From IMG/VR virus record IMGVR_UViG_2534682161_000025: a stretch of DNA of 40,833 nucleotides, one strand, 5' to 3'. Position 1 is the stretch's first letter, and the number at the start of each line of letters is the position of its first letter. The notes beneath the pieces are model-generated. The model saw nothing but the letters and a program-made list of their open reading frames with translations. It was not told the origin of the DNA and did no database searches. Source of the DNA: a virus. Lineage: Duplodnaviria; Heunggongvirae; Uroviricota; Caudoviricetes. The translations under genes were made by a program, and so were the position numbers. Of this stretch, positions 9,210 through 20,237 are shown piece by piece.

Positions 9210-9350
9210 TTATGACAAGCCTATGTATCCTGCTACACCAGATAATATCAAAATAACTGCAACAGCAAATTCGCCATCGTCAATGATACATTTACGGTTC
9301 ATAACGCCAAGTGCAACAAGCGCAAACACAACAAGAATAAAAGCAATCAT
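9210..9350 (-). CDS. Small hydrophobic protein (46 aa), not in the ORF track
   Basis: ATG at 9350, 10 nt after the upstream gene stop; two hydrophobic segments (MIAFILVVFALVALGV...AVAVILILSGVAGYIGLS); sub-threshold length. Confidence 0.35.
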   Translation of the reverse strand: MIAFILVVFALVALGVMNRKCIIDDGEFAVAVILILSGVAGYIGLS

Positions 9351-9359
9351 TTCTCATCC

Positions 9360-11834
9360 TTATTGCGGAGTGACATCCTGTGGTCGCCACCAGTATGTCT
9401 GGTTAAACTCTTTCTTCGAACGTTGCTCCATTTTACGCAAATAGCCTGGTGAAAAATACTCCTGCATCTGGTTAAAGATCATGTGATCGAGAGCCGCCTT
9501 CAAGTACCAGAGATTCGCACCTGGCATCAGCCCCTTCCCCAGCTTAACCAGATCACCACCAGTCTGCTCATTCTTCCCTTCCACAGCATTTAACGGTATG
9601 CCCTGAGCAATCTTCACTACGTCATCAACCAGACCAGCTACCGGGCCAAGCATCGACGCCAGCGCGCCGCTTCCGTACCTAGTGTGATCTGACAATAAAA
9701 AGTCACCGTAAAGGCCAAGACCACCACCTTTCAGTAGAGCACCAAGCCAAAATTTAGCAGCATCTTCTCCTGTCATCTCGCGATGATTACGACCAGACGC
9801 AAGGTCGTTAAGTTGCTGAGACAAAGCGCCAAGAATGGTCGTGCTGGCAATAAACGTCGCAATATATGCCGCACGCCCACCAGCAGACGGCATACCCATA
9901 GCGCGTGACCAGTGACGCATAACCACCGAGATAGGGAACGATTTAAACAGGAAAACACTTCTCGTTAATTCACCTTTCCATGTTCCACGCTGAATACCAG
10001 AACCGGTTATCAGTTGCTCACGTGCTCCCGGTGTAATAACAGCCATATCAACTTCTTCAGTTACGGCACCGAGCAGTTTACGCATTGCCTCAAATTTCAC
10101 GCGTTCAGGCTCACCAAGATGTTTAACTGCTGAATCAGGGATACGCATAATGCTTTCCGGTGTCAGCATCGTATTATTACCGTTCCCCCAGTCCTCCTGT
10201 TGCGCCAGCTTCCATACGCTCCAGTCTGTGTCAGTAATCCCTTTGCTTTTCAGGATACGAAAATCAGAGTCATCGAGGCTACGAAGGTCTGGTGTCCGTG
10301 ACACTACTTCTCCCAGGCTTCCCATCATGGTTACGCCATAGGCGCGCTTGTGCGCATCTGACCATGCTGTAAGCCCACTGGCACGCATTACCGCCGTTGC
10401 AGCCCAACGAGACACTGACGGCCCCATATTATCCATCGCCCAGCGGTTAACGCTGCCAAGTAGAGATTCCATCGCCAGACCAGCGCGGCGCGCCCGCGCA
10501 AGCTCAGTACGGTTCGTTGGGTCCATAGCTTCAAGCTGGTTGCGGAATAACTGGTTCATTGGAAGGTTGGTCACCTTCGCAGACAGATACATGGTTCCAA
10601 GATCAGAGAACGATGACAGCAACGCGGATCCGAGTCTGCTGGCAACCAGCCAGTTGCGGATATTGTCAGACCATCGCGCGATGTGCGGATTTGCTACAGG
10701 CTGTGTCTTTCCGGAAATAAAGTTGTACAGATTCTCTGTGTTGTTCGCCAGCCGCTCGACTTTACCGGTTTTACTCGGGTTAGCTGTTGCCGTTTCTGCC
10801 TTCACCTGATCAAGAAGAGAGCGGAAAACATGATCGGGGTTTGGGCCATATGTTTCCACCAGTGCAATATCTTTACTGATACCTTCCAGGTGACCGACCA
10901 TGATTTCCCATAGAGAGCGATCGCCATAAAGTTGCTGATATTGCAGATAGGAATCTGCATCTTTGAAATGTATCTGTCGTGATGCATTACCACGGTTAGC
11001 ACGTGCGCCGGAAATTCGCATTCCGGTATCAGTAAGCTTATTCAGCCCACCAGTAGCGATCGTGTTATAAGCCTCTCCAAGAAATGCAGACAACTCGGCA
11101 TCGTTCATCAGTTGTCCATCGGCTCGGATATAATATTTGCGATCCAGCTTACCTATAACATCGCTAACCCACTTATCCTTTGATACCGCCCCAACCTTTT
11201 CCATAGAATGATGTTGAGGGATCCCCCAGTTTTCGAGATAGCCAATGTCCCCACCAGCATCATTAAACCGGCGGCGCAGCAGCTCTGTAACTTCTCTCCA
11301 CGCCTTAGCACCTTTTCTTGCTTTAGCATTGCCAGTATTTTGCCCCCGCATTTCATATACCAGGTCACGTACGCCCGCTTCATCTTCAAACAGACCAAAA
11401 AAGCGAGGATCAACTGCTTCGAATGCCTCCTGCAATTGACTCAATGCATAATCACGGGTGGCTTTTGTTCTGGATTCAACAGAGAGGAAATTAGATTTAC
11501 CGTCTGCATTAAAAGCTATAGTACGGTTAAGAGCGCCAAGTTTCCCATCAGCCCCTTGATAGCTATTGATAAATTTATCCAATCTCTGACGTGCAGCTAT
11601 AGTGAGAGCCACACGACGTTTCTTTAATGCCGCTTCTCGCTGTAATTCTTCAGATGCCAATTGTGCTGCACGATACAGCCGCTCTGACTCGGAAAGTTGT
11701 CGCCACGACATAGGGTCATCACGAGCAATGGAGCGCATATTGCGATAAATGCGGTCTTCAATGTTCTGTATTTCTCGCGCCGTTAACGTGCGCTGCGCCG
11801 CCTGCTGGACCGCTTGTATACATTCCTGTCTCAT
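9360..11834 (-). CDS. Large virion internal/ejection protein (824 aa)
   Basis: Position between internal-core-sized genes and tailspike; long mixed helical/Gly-rich sequence; function by synteny with T7-like internal core proteins. Confidence 0.65.
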   Translation of the reverse strand: MRQECIQAVQQAAQRTLTAREIQNIEDRIYRNMRSIARDDPMSWRQLSESERLYRAAQLASEELQREAALKKRRVALTIAARQRLDKFINSYQGADGKLGALNRTIAFNADGKSNFLSVESRTKATRDYALSQLQEAFEAVDPRFFGLFEDEAGVRDLVYEMRGQNTGNAKARKGAKAWREVTELLRRRFNDAGGDIGYLENWGIPQHHSMEKVGAVSKDKWVSDVIGKLDRKYYIRADGQLMNDAELSAFLGEAYNTIATGGLNKLTDTGMRISGARANRGNASRQIHFKDADSYLQYQQLYGDRSLWEIMVGHLEGISKDIALVETYGPNPDHVFRSLLDQVKAETATANPSKTGKVERLANNTENLYNFISGKTQPVANPHIARWSDNIRNWLVASRLGSALLSSFSDLGTMYLSAKVTNLPMNQLFRNQLEAMDPTNRTELARARRAGLAMESLLGSVNRWAMDNMGPSVSRWAATAVMRASGLTAWSDAHKRAYGVTMMGSLGEVVSRTPDLRSLDDSDFRILKSKGITDTDWSVWKLAQQEDWGNGNNTMLTPESIMRIPDSAVKHLGEPERVKFEAMRKLLGAVTEEVDMAVITPGAREQLITGSGIQRGTWKGELTRSVFLFKSFPISVVMRHWSRAMGMPSAGGRAAYIATFIASTTILGALSQQLNDLASGRNHREMTGEDAAKFWLGALLKGGGLGLYGDFLLSDHTRYGSGALASMLGPVAGLVDDVVKIAQGIPLNAVEGKNEQTGGDLVKLGKGLMPGANLWYLKAALDHMIFNQMQEYFSPGYLRKMEQRSKKEFNQTYWWRPQDVTPQ

Positions 11835-11839
11835 TTAAT

Positions 11840-13642
11840 TTAACCTCTCAAGAAACACGCCACAGCAACATCAAACAGGCTGGAATCCTGTATTGCCTGC
11901 TCACTTTCCCTGTTAGCTTCATCCAGTACTTCACGCGCACTGCGCGATTGTGGATTACCATCATCATCCAGCACGGTGATTATCATGTCAGGTGATTCAA
12001 GCAGCGAGTCTTCAGCTATACGCAGATCAATATCTCCTGCCGGATCTGCCATCATTTTTTGTTCTGTCTGTTGCAATATCTTACCGGGCTCAAAAGGAGC
12101 TACTTCGTCTGGCGTCCTGACCTCTGCTGTTTTATAGAATGAAACAGCCTGAGCATTAAGTTCACTTTCTGCCTGCTGTCGCCGTGCCAGTTCTGCTCGA
12201 GCTTCAAAAAACTGACCTCCAGGCTCGTGCGGTGCCAACGCGTTACGGGAAAATTCCAGGCGTTCTTGTGCCTGCCGGATTCGTTGATCAATATCACGAA
12301 GTCTGGCCTGTTTATCTGATCGAGCACGAGACAAAGCTTTACCGCTACCGGTTGGCTCTTCTGCAAGAATTTGTGCACGCTGTTCAGTGAGATTTTCAAT
12401 AATTCGTTGGCTATTAGCGATTTCAGACTGGTAAACCTGTCTATCTCCACGCGGCAAAAGCTGCGCGGCCTGTTCTTCAAGCAACCGATTTTCTATAGCG
12501 CGCGCCGTTACTCCATCATCTACAGATGACAGAGCCTCATTAACTGCCTGAGACAGCAGACTCTTGCGCCCAGGAATTTCACTGAAAGATGCAGACTCAA
12601 CAATGCTGGCAACGTCTACAGGTCTCCCCTGGCTAACATCAGACATAGCTTTTCGCAGAGCCTGAATGTGAGAATTGCGCGAAAGCACGTTGATCGGCAC
12701 GCCGGGCGCAATATCAATTTCAGCATGATGAGCGGCATTCGCCGCCAGTGCAGCATCAATATCAACTGGTGAAAAATTTGGTGCGCTTGTAGACTCGCCG
12801 CGAGAGTTAATAAATCTGCCGACACCACCAAACGCCACCCCAAGAACAGCATCAATAGCAATTGCCTGTCGATCCAACACATCATACTGGTTAGCCATTT
12901 CGCTATAGCCACCATCACGAAGCGTTTTTGCAGTAAGCCCACGCTGTGCCATACCGAACGCAATATTTGTACCTGCGGCATAGGCAATATCTGGCGTTGC
13001 ACTTACTGCTGTTGCTGCGGCGCGTCGCACTGAACTTTCACCCGTCCGCGCAAGCTGAGCCGCCACACCTTCCGCCAGCGCACCACCAGCACGTAACCCG
13101 AGGCTCATAGGGATCATTGTTCCGGCACCAGCAGTAATACCCTGCACTAATCCCGCTTCCTGCGCCGTCCTGAAATCAACACCCTGTGCTGTCAGCCGTT
13201 CAAACTCAGAAAAACCCTGTAGCGAAGTTACCGCCGCAGCACCTCCGGCCGGACCACCGAGCGTTGTACCGATAACAGCCTGCCCGCCCATATCGAACAA
13301 CCCATAAAGAACCTGCCCGGCGGTTCCGGTTGTCGCGGCATCAGGCGTCAGCCGCTTAACCTGCTGCTCTGCTAGTTTTCTCTGCTCGGCAATGTATGAA
13401 ACTGAAGTGTCATTGAGCGAGGTGTTTTCGTTAACAAACTGAGCAATCGGGGATACGATTTTATCCATCCCTGCCCAGAGCAACTGATCTGGCTTTGCCA
13501 CCAGCCCGGAGTACAAACCAGACAATGCCGCTCCTACAGCATTGTCGAAAAAACCAACATCGCTGTTAAAGCCAGCTGGATTTGATGCTGCTTCGTCAAG
13601 CTGCTGATTCTGGTTTACTGGATTAAGGCCAAAGTAACTCAT
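11840..13642 (-). CDS. Virion internal/ejection protein (600 aa), Gly/Ala-rich
   Basis: Tightly linked in the structural operon; ATGA overlap with the downstream gene start. Confidence 0.65.
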   Translation of the reverse strand: MSYFGLNPVNQNQQLDEAASNPAGFNSDVGFFDNAVGAALSGLYSGLVAKPDQLLWAGMDKIVSPIAQFVNENTSLNDTSVSYIAEQRKLAEQQVKRLTPDAATTGTAGQVLYGLFDMGGQAVIGTTLGGPAGGAAAVTSLQGFSEFERLTAQGVDFRTAQEAGLVQGITAGAGTMIPMSLGLRAGGALAEGVAAQLARTGESSVRRAAATAVSATPDIAYAAGTNIAFGMAQRGLTAKTLRDGGYSEMANQYDVLDRQAIAIDAVLGVAFGGVGRFINSRGESTSAPNFSPVDIDAALAANAAHHAEIDIAPGVPINVLSRNSHIQALRKAMSDVSQGRPVDVASIVESASFSEIPGRKSLLSQAVNEALSSVDDGVTARAIENRLLEEQAAQLLPRGDRQVYQSEIANSQRIIENLTEQRAQILAEEPTGSGKALSRARSDKQARLRDIDQRIRQAQERLEFSRNALAPHEPGGQFFEARAELARRQQAESELNAQAVSFYKTAEVRTPDEVAPFEPGKILQQTEQKMMADPAGDIDLRIAEDSLLESPDMIITVLDDDGNPQSRSAREVLDEANRESEQAIQDSSLFDVAVACFLRG

Positions 13643-16152
13643 TGCGGAATATCTCCGGAGAATCTCTGACGCTTCTGTGTCAGATCAAGAACAACGGGAG
13701 AACCATCATCTTTTAGCAGATAACCAGTACCAAGTTTCACCAGGTACTGACTATCGCCGTAACTTTGCAAACCATACTGACCAGGCGGTGTTTTTATCCC
13801 TGTGCCAACAACTTGTTCATTCCAAGCCTGATTAACCTGCTTATCGAATTGCTCTGCAGACATTCCCCACGGCAAAAGAACATTCCCCATTCCGTTATAG
13901 TCATGCACGCCACCTGTAGCTACGTTAACAGCCTGTTTCCAGATATCATTGTCAATTTCGCCTGATACCACGCCTTTTTTCGCCATCACACCAGCGTAAT
14001 AGTCCTTTGCGATCTCGTATGCCATTGATGCCCCCTGAGCATCACCAGCAAATGCATCCTTCACCATGTCAGAAAACTCAAGGCGGAGATCAGCATCTTT
14101 AGGCATCGGAATACCTTTCGCGTCATCAGTACCTTTACGAGCCGCCGCGCCAGCAAGAATTGTCTGCGCAGCGGTTTCAGGAGACACGGAAACATCCGGA
14201 TTAAACCAGTTTTTTTCTGCCAAAATACCACCTGGCTTATCCATCAGTATCCCGGCAACGGCAGCAGATGGAGCGTTGGCACTGATCTGCTGTAGTGCTG
14301 ACATATACACCTGCCCACCACCAGTGCTCTGCCTGATGGTATCGAGATATGCTGCCTGTTGGGAAACGGGCGCATCACGAAAGAAAACACCGATCTGATT
14401 GGCCTCGTCTTTGGAAAAGAACGTCAGTGGAGTGCCATATGACTTAGCAAGGTCACTGACCTGAGCAGCACGCAAGGCAACGCTCTGTCCAAAGTTATCC
14501 TTATTGCTCATGTCGATAGGCTTTGCCTGTCCGGCGGCAAGAGAGAACTGTACAGGATCAGCCTGTCGCTGCTTTATCACCTGACTTGCAGCCGACACAA
14601 CGTTGTCATAAAGAGCGGCTCGTGCCGCATAACCCTCCCCTGTCTCACCAGTATCCGGGCGTAATTGCTCAACATATGCTGTAATGCTGCTTGTCGGCAT
14701 GTTGCGGAAAGAGCCTATATACTGTCCGGCGATTTGCGTATTTCTGAACTCGGTATATCGCAGTTTTCCTTCTCTGACTCCATAAGCTGCAATAAAATCA
14801 GCCTCACCAGGTGGGTTAGGAAATTCAACGCCACGCATATACGCAGCTGTCGCATCGCGAACCTGGCTGTCAATCATCGTTTTATATTCAGCCTGCTGCT
14901 GCCGACGCAGTTGATCCGCCTGTCGCATAAAACTTGCCTGCGCCTCAGGAGATGCCGCATCGAATGCTGCATTACCGGTATAGCGTTTGGTGTTGGTTGG
15001 AATTGTTGATAAACCAAGTGCTGCACTGACACCAGCAGTTAACTGCTGATCACTGTATGGCTGGCTACCGTTCTCATGATGGATAATGGCTGCACAAAGC
15101 GCCTTCAGGGTATCAGGATTAGATGCATCGAGAGGCTCATCAGCAGAAACGCCAAGTTGTTCGCACACTGCTTTGATATACGACATAGTGTCATTTTTAT
15201 CAGTAGGCGGTGCCCAGCGATTAATTATCTCGCTGACGGTATCAATACCCTGCCTCTGATACGACATCAGGTTCCGCCCTAATGCACGAATCCCGTGTTC
15301 AGGTGTTTCGAATTTAGCAAATCGACCATCATCACCGGTCTGGCCTACCCACGGATTAGTTTTGCTGTATTCGAGATTTCCTGGGTTATTGTTGCGTATG
15401 CCACGGGCACGCTCGGAAGAGTCACTATCTGCTACAGCACGGCGAGCTCCAGCAGCAGTATCGCTTAACTCGCCATTACTTTGGATAAATGAGATCGCAT
15501 TGTTTGCCGACCACTGGGACAATGCTGCATCAGCAACCTTCTCTTTAAACTCGATTTTCTTGGCCTGTATTTGCTCGTCGCTCCAGCCATGTGCAGCACC
15601 GTACTCCTCAATTTGCTGGAAAGTTTGCTTATTAGCCAATACGTATGCGGCATTGTCGCCATACAATGCTGCGGCATTTTTACCATTGTTCAGCAGCGTC
15701 GCCTGAAACTGACCTTCTTCGTAGGCATTTATTTGCCCTATCTCGTGCCGCCCGGCCTGCGTAGTGAACTGAATACGCTGCTGCTGCGCCTGCTGCATGA
15801 AAGCATTACGAGCCTGTTCATCCGGCAGCGACATAGCCAGTTGTTCGATCTGAGCATCAAACTGCTGCGTATACTCCTGACCTTTTCCAATAGCATTTTT
15901 CCCTTTCAGGTTAAGCAAACCTGTTTCAGGGTTATTCAGCAGATCGCTGCCTGTCTGACTGAGTTTAAGGGATGCCTCCTGAGCCAGAGCGATATTGGCA
16001 CGCTGTTTTGCCTGACCAAAAACATCAATTGTCTCTGCCCCTGCCCGAACAAAAGCATCACCAATACCTGGCTGAGAAAACGTCTGCAAGCCTGCTGACT
16101 GAACTCCACGGCTCTCAACCTGACGTCCGGATACTGTTGGTACGACTGGCAT
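13639..16152 (-). CDS. Internal virion protein with putative peptidoglycan-hydrolase-like segment (about 837 aa)
   Basis: Start refined to ATG at 16152 (GGAGGA SD; TAATG overlap with upstream stop); internal motif GIRNNNPGNLEY...W.G common in phage virion-associated cell-wall hydrolases. Confidence 0.65.
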   Translation of the reverse strand: MPVVPTVSGRQVESRGVQSAGLQTFSQPGIGDAFVRAGAETIDVFGQAKQRANIALAQEASLKLSQTGSDLLNNPETGLLNLKGKNAIGKGQEYTQQFDAQIEQLAMSLPDEQARNAFMQQAQQQRIQFTTQAGRHEIGQINAYEEGQFQATLLNNGKNAAALYGDNAAYVLANKQTFQQIEEYGAAHGWSDEQIQAKKIEFKEKVADAALSQWSANNAISFIQSNGELSDTAAGARRAVADSDSSERARGIRNNNPGNLEYSKTNPWVGQTGDDGRFAKFETPEHGIRALGRNLMSYQRQGIDTVSEIINRWAPPTDKNDTMSYIKAVCEQLGVSADEPLDASNPDTLKALCAAIIHHENGSQPYSDQQLTAGVSAALGLSTIPTNTKRYTGNAAFDAASPEAQASFMRQADQLRRQQQAEYKTMIDSQVRDATAAYMRGVEFPNPPGEADFIAAYGVREGKLRYTEFRNTQIAGQYIGSFRNMPTSSITAYVEQLRPDTGETGEGYAARAALYDNVVSAASQVIKQRQADPVQFSLAAGQAKPIDMSNKDNFGQSVALRAAQVSDLAKSYGTPLTFFSKDEANQIGVFFRDAPVSQQAAYLDTIRQSTGGGQVYMSALQQISANAPSAAVAGILMDKPGGILAEKNWFNPDVSVSPETAAQTILAGAAARKGTDDAKGIPMPKDADLRLEFSDMVKDAFAGDAQGASMAYEIAKDYYAGVMAKKGVVSGEIDNDIWKQAVNVATGGVHDYNGMGNVLLPWGMSAEQFDKQVNQAWNEQVVGTGIKTPPGQYGLQSYGDSQYLVKLGTGYLLKDDGSPVVLDLTQKRQRFSGDIPQ

Positions 16153-16697
16153 TATAATCCTCCAGGTAATCTGGTTCCTGCTGCTGCCCCGATTGGCGCA
16201 GGAGTGCTTTGAGTAAACGGACTCCACGTCCCACCAAACATCTGGTACGCACCGTATGCCTTCAGAGGCGCAGTGAGCAATGTTGTTGCTGCTCCCACAT
16301 TCCCCTGTTTACGGGCTGAACTGGCTTCTGCTTTATAGTTAGCAGCCTGAACCTGATAACCGTAAGCCTCGCGTTGCGCGTTATTCACCGTCGTCAGCGA
16401 ATCAAGGGCGCCAAACTGAGCAGTGTCACCAAATATATCCAGCGCGTTACCTGTAGATAAATCGGCGCCGGTCGCCCCCATTGTCGCCGCCTGTGTACCA
16501 AGCCGCTGTCGGGTCTCTCTGCGCCGTTGCTCAGCTTCAGCGTTACCCCTATTTATTGCATCATTTGCCTGAGCTGTGGCTATATCTGCGTTCGCTTCTG
16601 CAACCTTCGAGGCATACTTTCCCTGTTGGTACTGGGTGTATGCCTGAATGCCACTCATGGCGAGCATTGCGCCACCAGCAATAACCGGATCGCACAT
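16152..16697 (-). CDS. Internal virion protein (181 aa)
   Basis: TAATG-coupled on both sides; Ala/Gly/Gln-rich; size and position like T7 gp14. Confidence 0.55.
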   Translation of the reverse strand: MCDPVIAGGAMLAMSGIQAYTQYQQGKYASKVAEANADIATAQANDAINRGNAEAEQRRRETRQRLGTQAATMGATGADLSTGNALDIFGDTAQFGALDSLTTVNNAQREAYGYQVQAANYKAEASSARKQGNVGAATTLLTAPLKAYGAYQMFGGTWSPFTQSTPAPIGAAAGTRLPGGL

Positions 16698-17161
16698 TAT
16701 TTTCTCTCCATGTGAAATCTGTGGAAATTAAGACCAAGAGCACCATAAGGCGCGGCTTCTTCAAGCCTGAATCCAAGCCAGTGGAGCCATGCTTTGGCAA
16801 CATGGTTTCGCTCGTCGACGTAGTTTTCCAGGCGCGGATAAACTGCCAGCATCTGCCGCAATACAGGGTGGCAGTGGCGAAGAAATGTCTTCTGATATTT
16901 TTCAATACGGCTGGTCCCGACCAGCCAGGGCGTACCATTGCCACCGATCATTGACGCCGGAGATACACCAAACATGGTTACCAGTTCTCCGTTCGCGAAC
17001 CCTGACCAGGCCATAGTCGCAGTGCGCAGACCAACACGCAGCGCATCTTCGGTAGTCATCAGCGATACCGCATACAGTTCGTCAATATCAGCCTGACGAA
17101 CATCCGGCAAAATCATCTGAAGATGCTCTTCGGTTGCGGGAATAATTTGAACACCAATCAT
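16697..17161 (-). CDS. Virion protein (154 aa)
   Basis: ATGA overlap with upstream gene stop; size and position like T7 gp13. Confidence 0.55.
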   Translation of the reverse strand: MIGVQIIPATEEHLQMILPDVRQADIDELYAVSLMTTEDALRVGLRTATMAWSGFANGELVTMFGVSPASMIGGNGTPWLVGTSRIEKYQKTFLRHCHPVLRQMLAVYPRLENYVDERNHVAKAWLHWLGFRLEEAAPYGALGLNFHRFHMERK

Positions 17162-19632
17162 CAGAATCCCCCAACAGTAAGGCGAGGAATAACGGCAAGA
17201 ACAGACAGCGGCAACGGATCAAGCTGACGGATTTTTACACGTCCGTTTTTGCCCCAGTTACTGTCCAGTTTCACTTCTACTTTTCCGGTAGCATCATCAA
17301 CAGGATCATCGTAGAACTCGAATTCACGCTGTGGATATTCGTACCATTTACCGCCGGGCGTAGTCGCCCAGATGCCGCGGCTGGCATTCACAACCAGAGT
17401 AACGGATGGGATCACCTGTTTTTTGTCCAGCAGCGTTTCCTGTCCGTTAATGTTGATATCCAGTGTTTCGAATTCAGCAGTTATTGGCAGGCCGATGTGC
17501 ACTACAGCCCCCGGAGATTCCAGCGTGACGGCACCTCCGGAAACCACTTTCTGTGGTTCCACGTTCGCATCAGAGAGAATGTTTACGGTCTGGCCTTCAA
17601 GATGAGACAGGCCTCCAAATGTCCGGCGCGCCATCTGCCAGTTCGTGGTGGCCACATTCCTGAGGGATGGCGGGACGTTCCTGTTAGCACGAACCACTAC
17701 AGCGGTATTGCTGGTTACAGAAATAATGTCGCAACGTAATTCTTTTGACACTTCATCGCCAGTATCAGGATCAGTTCCGGTATAAGGGAATTGTAGTTGC
17801 GCACCGACATCACTACTGGTGAAGTACGCACCACCAGAAATACTGATTGTATATTCCACGCGGTAATCCCATTCACCAGAACCACCAGTGATGGTCATCG
17901 TTCTGTCAGACGTATTTCTTCCATCATAGCTAAGGCCAGAATCAACAAAGAAAGCATCTTCATCGCTGGTAAATAAACGGCTGGACAGCCGCTCGATGTA
18001 TCTCACTGTTTGCCCGTTAACGGTTCGGTTAACGACGAAATACACCGCATCTTCATTTCCTTCGCTGATACTGCATGTGCTTTCATATTTTCCGGTACTG
18101 GACTGTGGTGCCCATGCAAAAACCTGTTGATCACGCAAATAGGTCATCACCAGTAATTTACCGTCATCACGAATGCAGAAGGCGCTGGAGTAAGGGACAA
18201 TAGAGAAGCACCAGTCAACAATGCTGTGCTTCTGAAAAAGATGATTGGCAAGGATAGTAAGGTCGTTCCCCTGATAGCCGTCAACATCGAATGAGTAGGC
18301 CAGATCACGGACAACACTGCCTTTCTCCTGGACGAACAGAGCAATATTCGCCACAGCAATTGGTGGGACGTTGCTTGAGCCATTTGATCCCTGAGAGCTA
18401 AATGCAAATGATGATGGGGTTAACACTTTGTTCTGGTCGCCGGTGATGACGTACTCACCTCCGGAAGTCAGCGCCACCAGCGAACCAACATCAATCAGGT
18501 GACGGATCTCATTAACCTGACGCCCGGCATAGGTGTAGATAATTCTGTCATCATCCTGCGTAGGATTGCTTTTGCCAAAATCCTTATAATCCCCAGTACG
18601 GCTGGCCCAGATAGTCTGAGGGAACGCAGTCGATGCGGCGAAGTAAAGACGTTGTTGATAATAAACAACAGTGCCAGGATAACCATTAACACTGTTCCAG
18701 GCATATTTAGCCCATTTATAGCTGGCATTATCCTCGCCAACGACCTGCGAAGGGATATAGGAAATCACCTCGGCAGTTGCAGTAGTTCCATTTGCAGCAG
18801 AGATACGGGCAATGCCAAAACCACTGTGCAGATACTCCCACTCAATGCCGGTATCATCATCACCGGATCCGCCCCAGCCATCCCATGATGTGCCTTCTGT
18901 ATGCGAAGGGCGCAAAGTGCCTGTTTTGCCTGCTGTAACGGCGCGATAGTAGTTACTGTCTGCACGGCGAATATCGCCAATCGACGTACTCTTACTGGTT
19001 TCCCATACCGGCACAGAATCCACTGCAGGCTGTTCCAGATAGAACAATTTGCCTACCTGCTCCGCGCCAAAAATAGAGGCGCTTGCCGTTAACGTAATTG
19101 TCCCGGTGCTGGCGCTGGCATAAACCGTCACTGACTCGTCAATATTGATATCTTCAAATGGCCCGTTCTTCGTTACCACATCAACCAGTTGCCAGTTATC
19201 ATGCGCATAGCGGCGCAACTCTTTCGGCGGGTATGCCGGGTGAACCAGCGTAAGCACGTCGGCGCTTTGCGTGAATTTAATTCGGAACAGATCGGCTTCA
19301 GTATATGGCGTGGCAATTTCATAAATAACATTGCTGCTGTTCAGCACCAACGCACCATCTTTGATAACGCGCATGTACTGGTGTCCGAACTCCAGAGCGT
19401 AGGTCTGAACCGTCGAGAACTGGAACGGGATCAGGCGGCATTTCCGATTTGGGTATTTGGCGGCACCGACAAAACGCGTACCAGGTCGATTCTCAACGCC
19501 GCCATACTGCCGCACGATAAAGTTATCGCACTTGCGCAATGCCACCTGGTACTTCGCCATGTCGATACGACCGTACAACGACGGTCCAATCTCACCACCG
19601 GCAAAGCTGGGCTGGATCCAACTGATAGCCAT
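17161..19632 (-). CDS. Tail tubular protein B-like (823 aa), by size and synteny
   Basis: Large protein directly after a ~200-aa protein, as T7 gp11/gp12; no motif-level confirmation. Confidence 0.6.
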   Translation of the reverse strand: MAISWIQPSFAGGEIGPSLYGRIDMAKYQVALRKCDNFIVRQYGGVENRPGTRFVGAAKYPNRKCRLIPFQFSTVQTYALEFGHQYMRVIKDGALVLNSSNVIYEIATPYTEADLFRIKFTQSADVLTLVHPAYPPKELRRYAHDNWQLVDVVTKNGPFEDINIDESVTVYASASTGTITLTASASIFGAEQVGKLFYLEQPAVDSVPVWETSKSTSIGDIRRADSNYYRAVTAGKTGTLRPSHTEGTSWDGWGGSGDDDTGIEWEYLHSGFGIARISAANGTTATAEVISYIPSQVVGEDNASYKWAKYAWNSVNGYPGTVVYYQQRLYFAASTAFPQTIWASRTGDYKDFGKSNPTQDDDRIIYTYAGRQVNEIRHLIDVGSLVALTSGGEYVITGDQNKVLTPSSFAFSSQGSNGSSNVPPIAVANIALFVQEKGSVVRDLAYSFDVDGYQGNDLTILANHLFQKHSIVDWCFSIVPYSSAFCIRDDGKLLVMTYLRDQQVFAWAPQSSTGKYESTCSISEGNEDAVYFVVNRTVNGQTVRYIERLSSRLFTSDEDAFFVDSGLSYDGRNTSDRTMTITGGSGEWDYRVEYTISISGGAYFTSSDVGAQLQFPYTGTDPDTGDEVSKELRCDIISVTSNTAVVVRANRNVPPSLRNVATTNWQMARRTFGGLSHLEGQTVNILSDANVEPQKVVSGGAVTLESPGAVVHIGLPITAEFETLDININGQETLLDKKQVIPSVTLVVNASRGIWATTPGGKWYEYPQREFEFYDDPVDDATGKVEVKLDSNWGKNGRVKIRQLDPLPLSVLAVIPRLTVGGF

Positions 19633-20237
19633 CAGGACAACCTCGCAATGGTAAACTCGTCAACCGGTGGCTGTGGTTCCTGTGATTCATTCTGGCTATG
19701 CGAGCCAGCACTAAGAATCACGCGATTGTACATATTGAGAGCAAATGTACCGAGATCCGCATTCCCAGTCAGCGCCATGTTAATGGCTGCCGCAAGACGC
19801 CAGGCCAACGCCTCCATAAAAATGGCATCAAACATGTTCACATCTGAAACGCGAGAGACATACTTGAGCCATGCCTGCGGCTGGTCTGTGTAGATCAACT
19901 TTCCTGTTCCGTCGGTGTCTGCACCAACTTCGTACTGAACGCGCATTGCTGCTGTTGGATTGCGTACACCAGGAAGCATAATTTCAGTAATGCGCAGACA
20001 ATCTGACGGGTACTGATACGCATATTCCCAGTCAGGCGGTGGATTGCTCGTATCTGCAAGCGCCACGCGTTTGGTAGCAAAGTTCCAGTCAAAATCAGAA
20101 AGCACAGCATCACGGCAGGCCTCAAAGTGCAGCGAACATTCCCCCGCTTCCTTACTGGCTTCCGTCAGGCTGTTAATGCTGCGGCTATTGCCAATATTGG
20201 ACAGCGCACGATTGCAGATCTCTACTACAGAGGCCAT
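19632..20237 (-). CDS. Tail tubular protein A-like (201 aa), by size and synteny
   Basis: Position directly before the 823-aa protein; start overlaps upstream stop. Confidence 0.55.
   Translation of the reverse strand: MASVVEICNRALSNIGNSRSINSLTEASKEAGECSLHFEACRDAVLSDFDWNFATKRVALADTSNPPPDWEYAYQYPSDCLRITEIMLPGVRNPTAAMRVQYEVGADTDGTGKLIYTDQPQAWLKYVSRVSDVNMFDAIFMEALAWRLAAAINMALTGNADLGTFALNMYNRVILSAGSHSQNESQEPQPPVDEFTIARLS

Noticed and set aside
9136-9444. 102-aa plus-strand ORF
   Set aside because: Spans a terminator, the palindrome and the antisense of two minus-strand genes; no SD.
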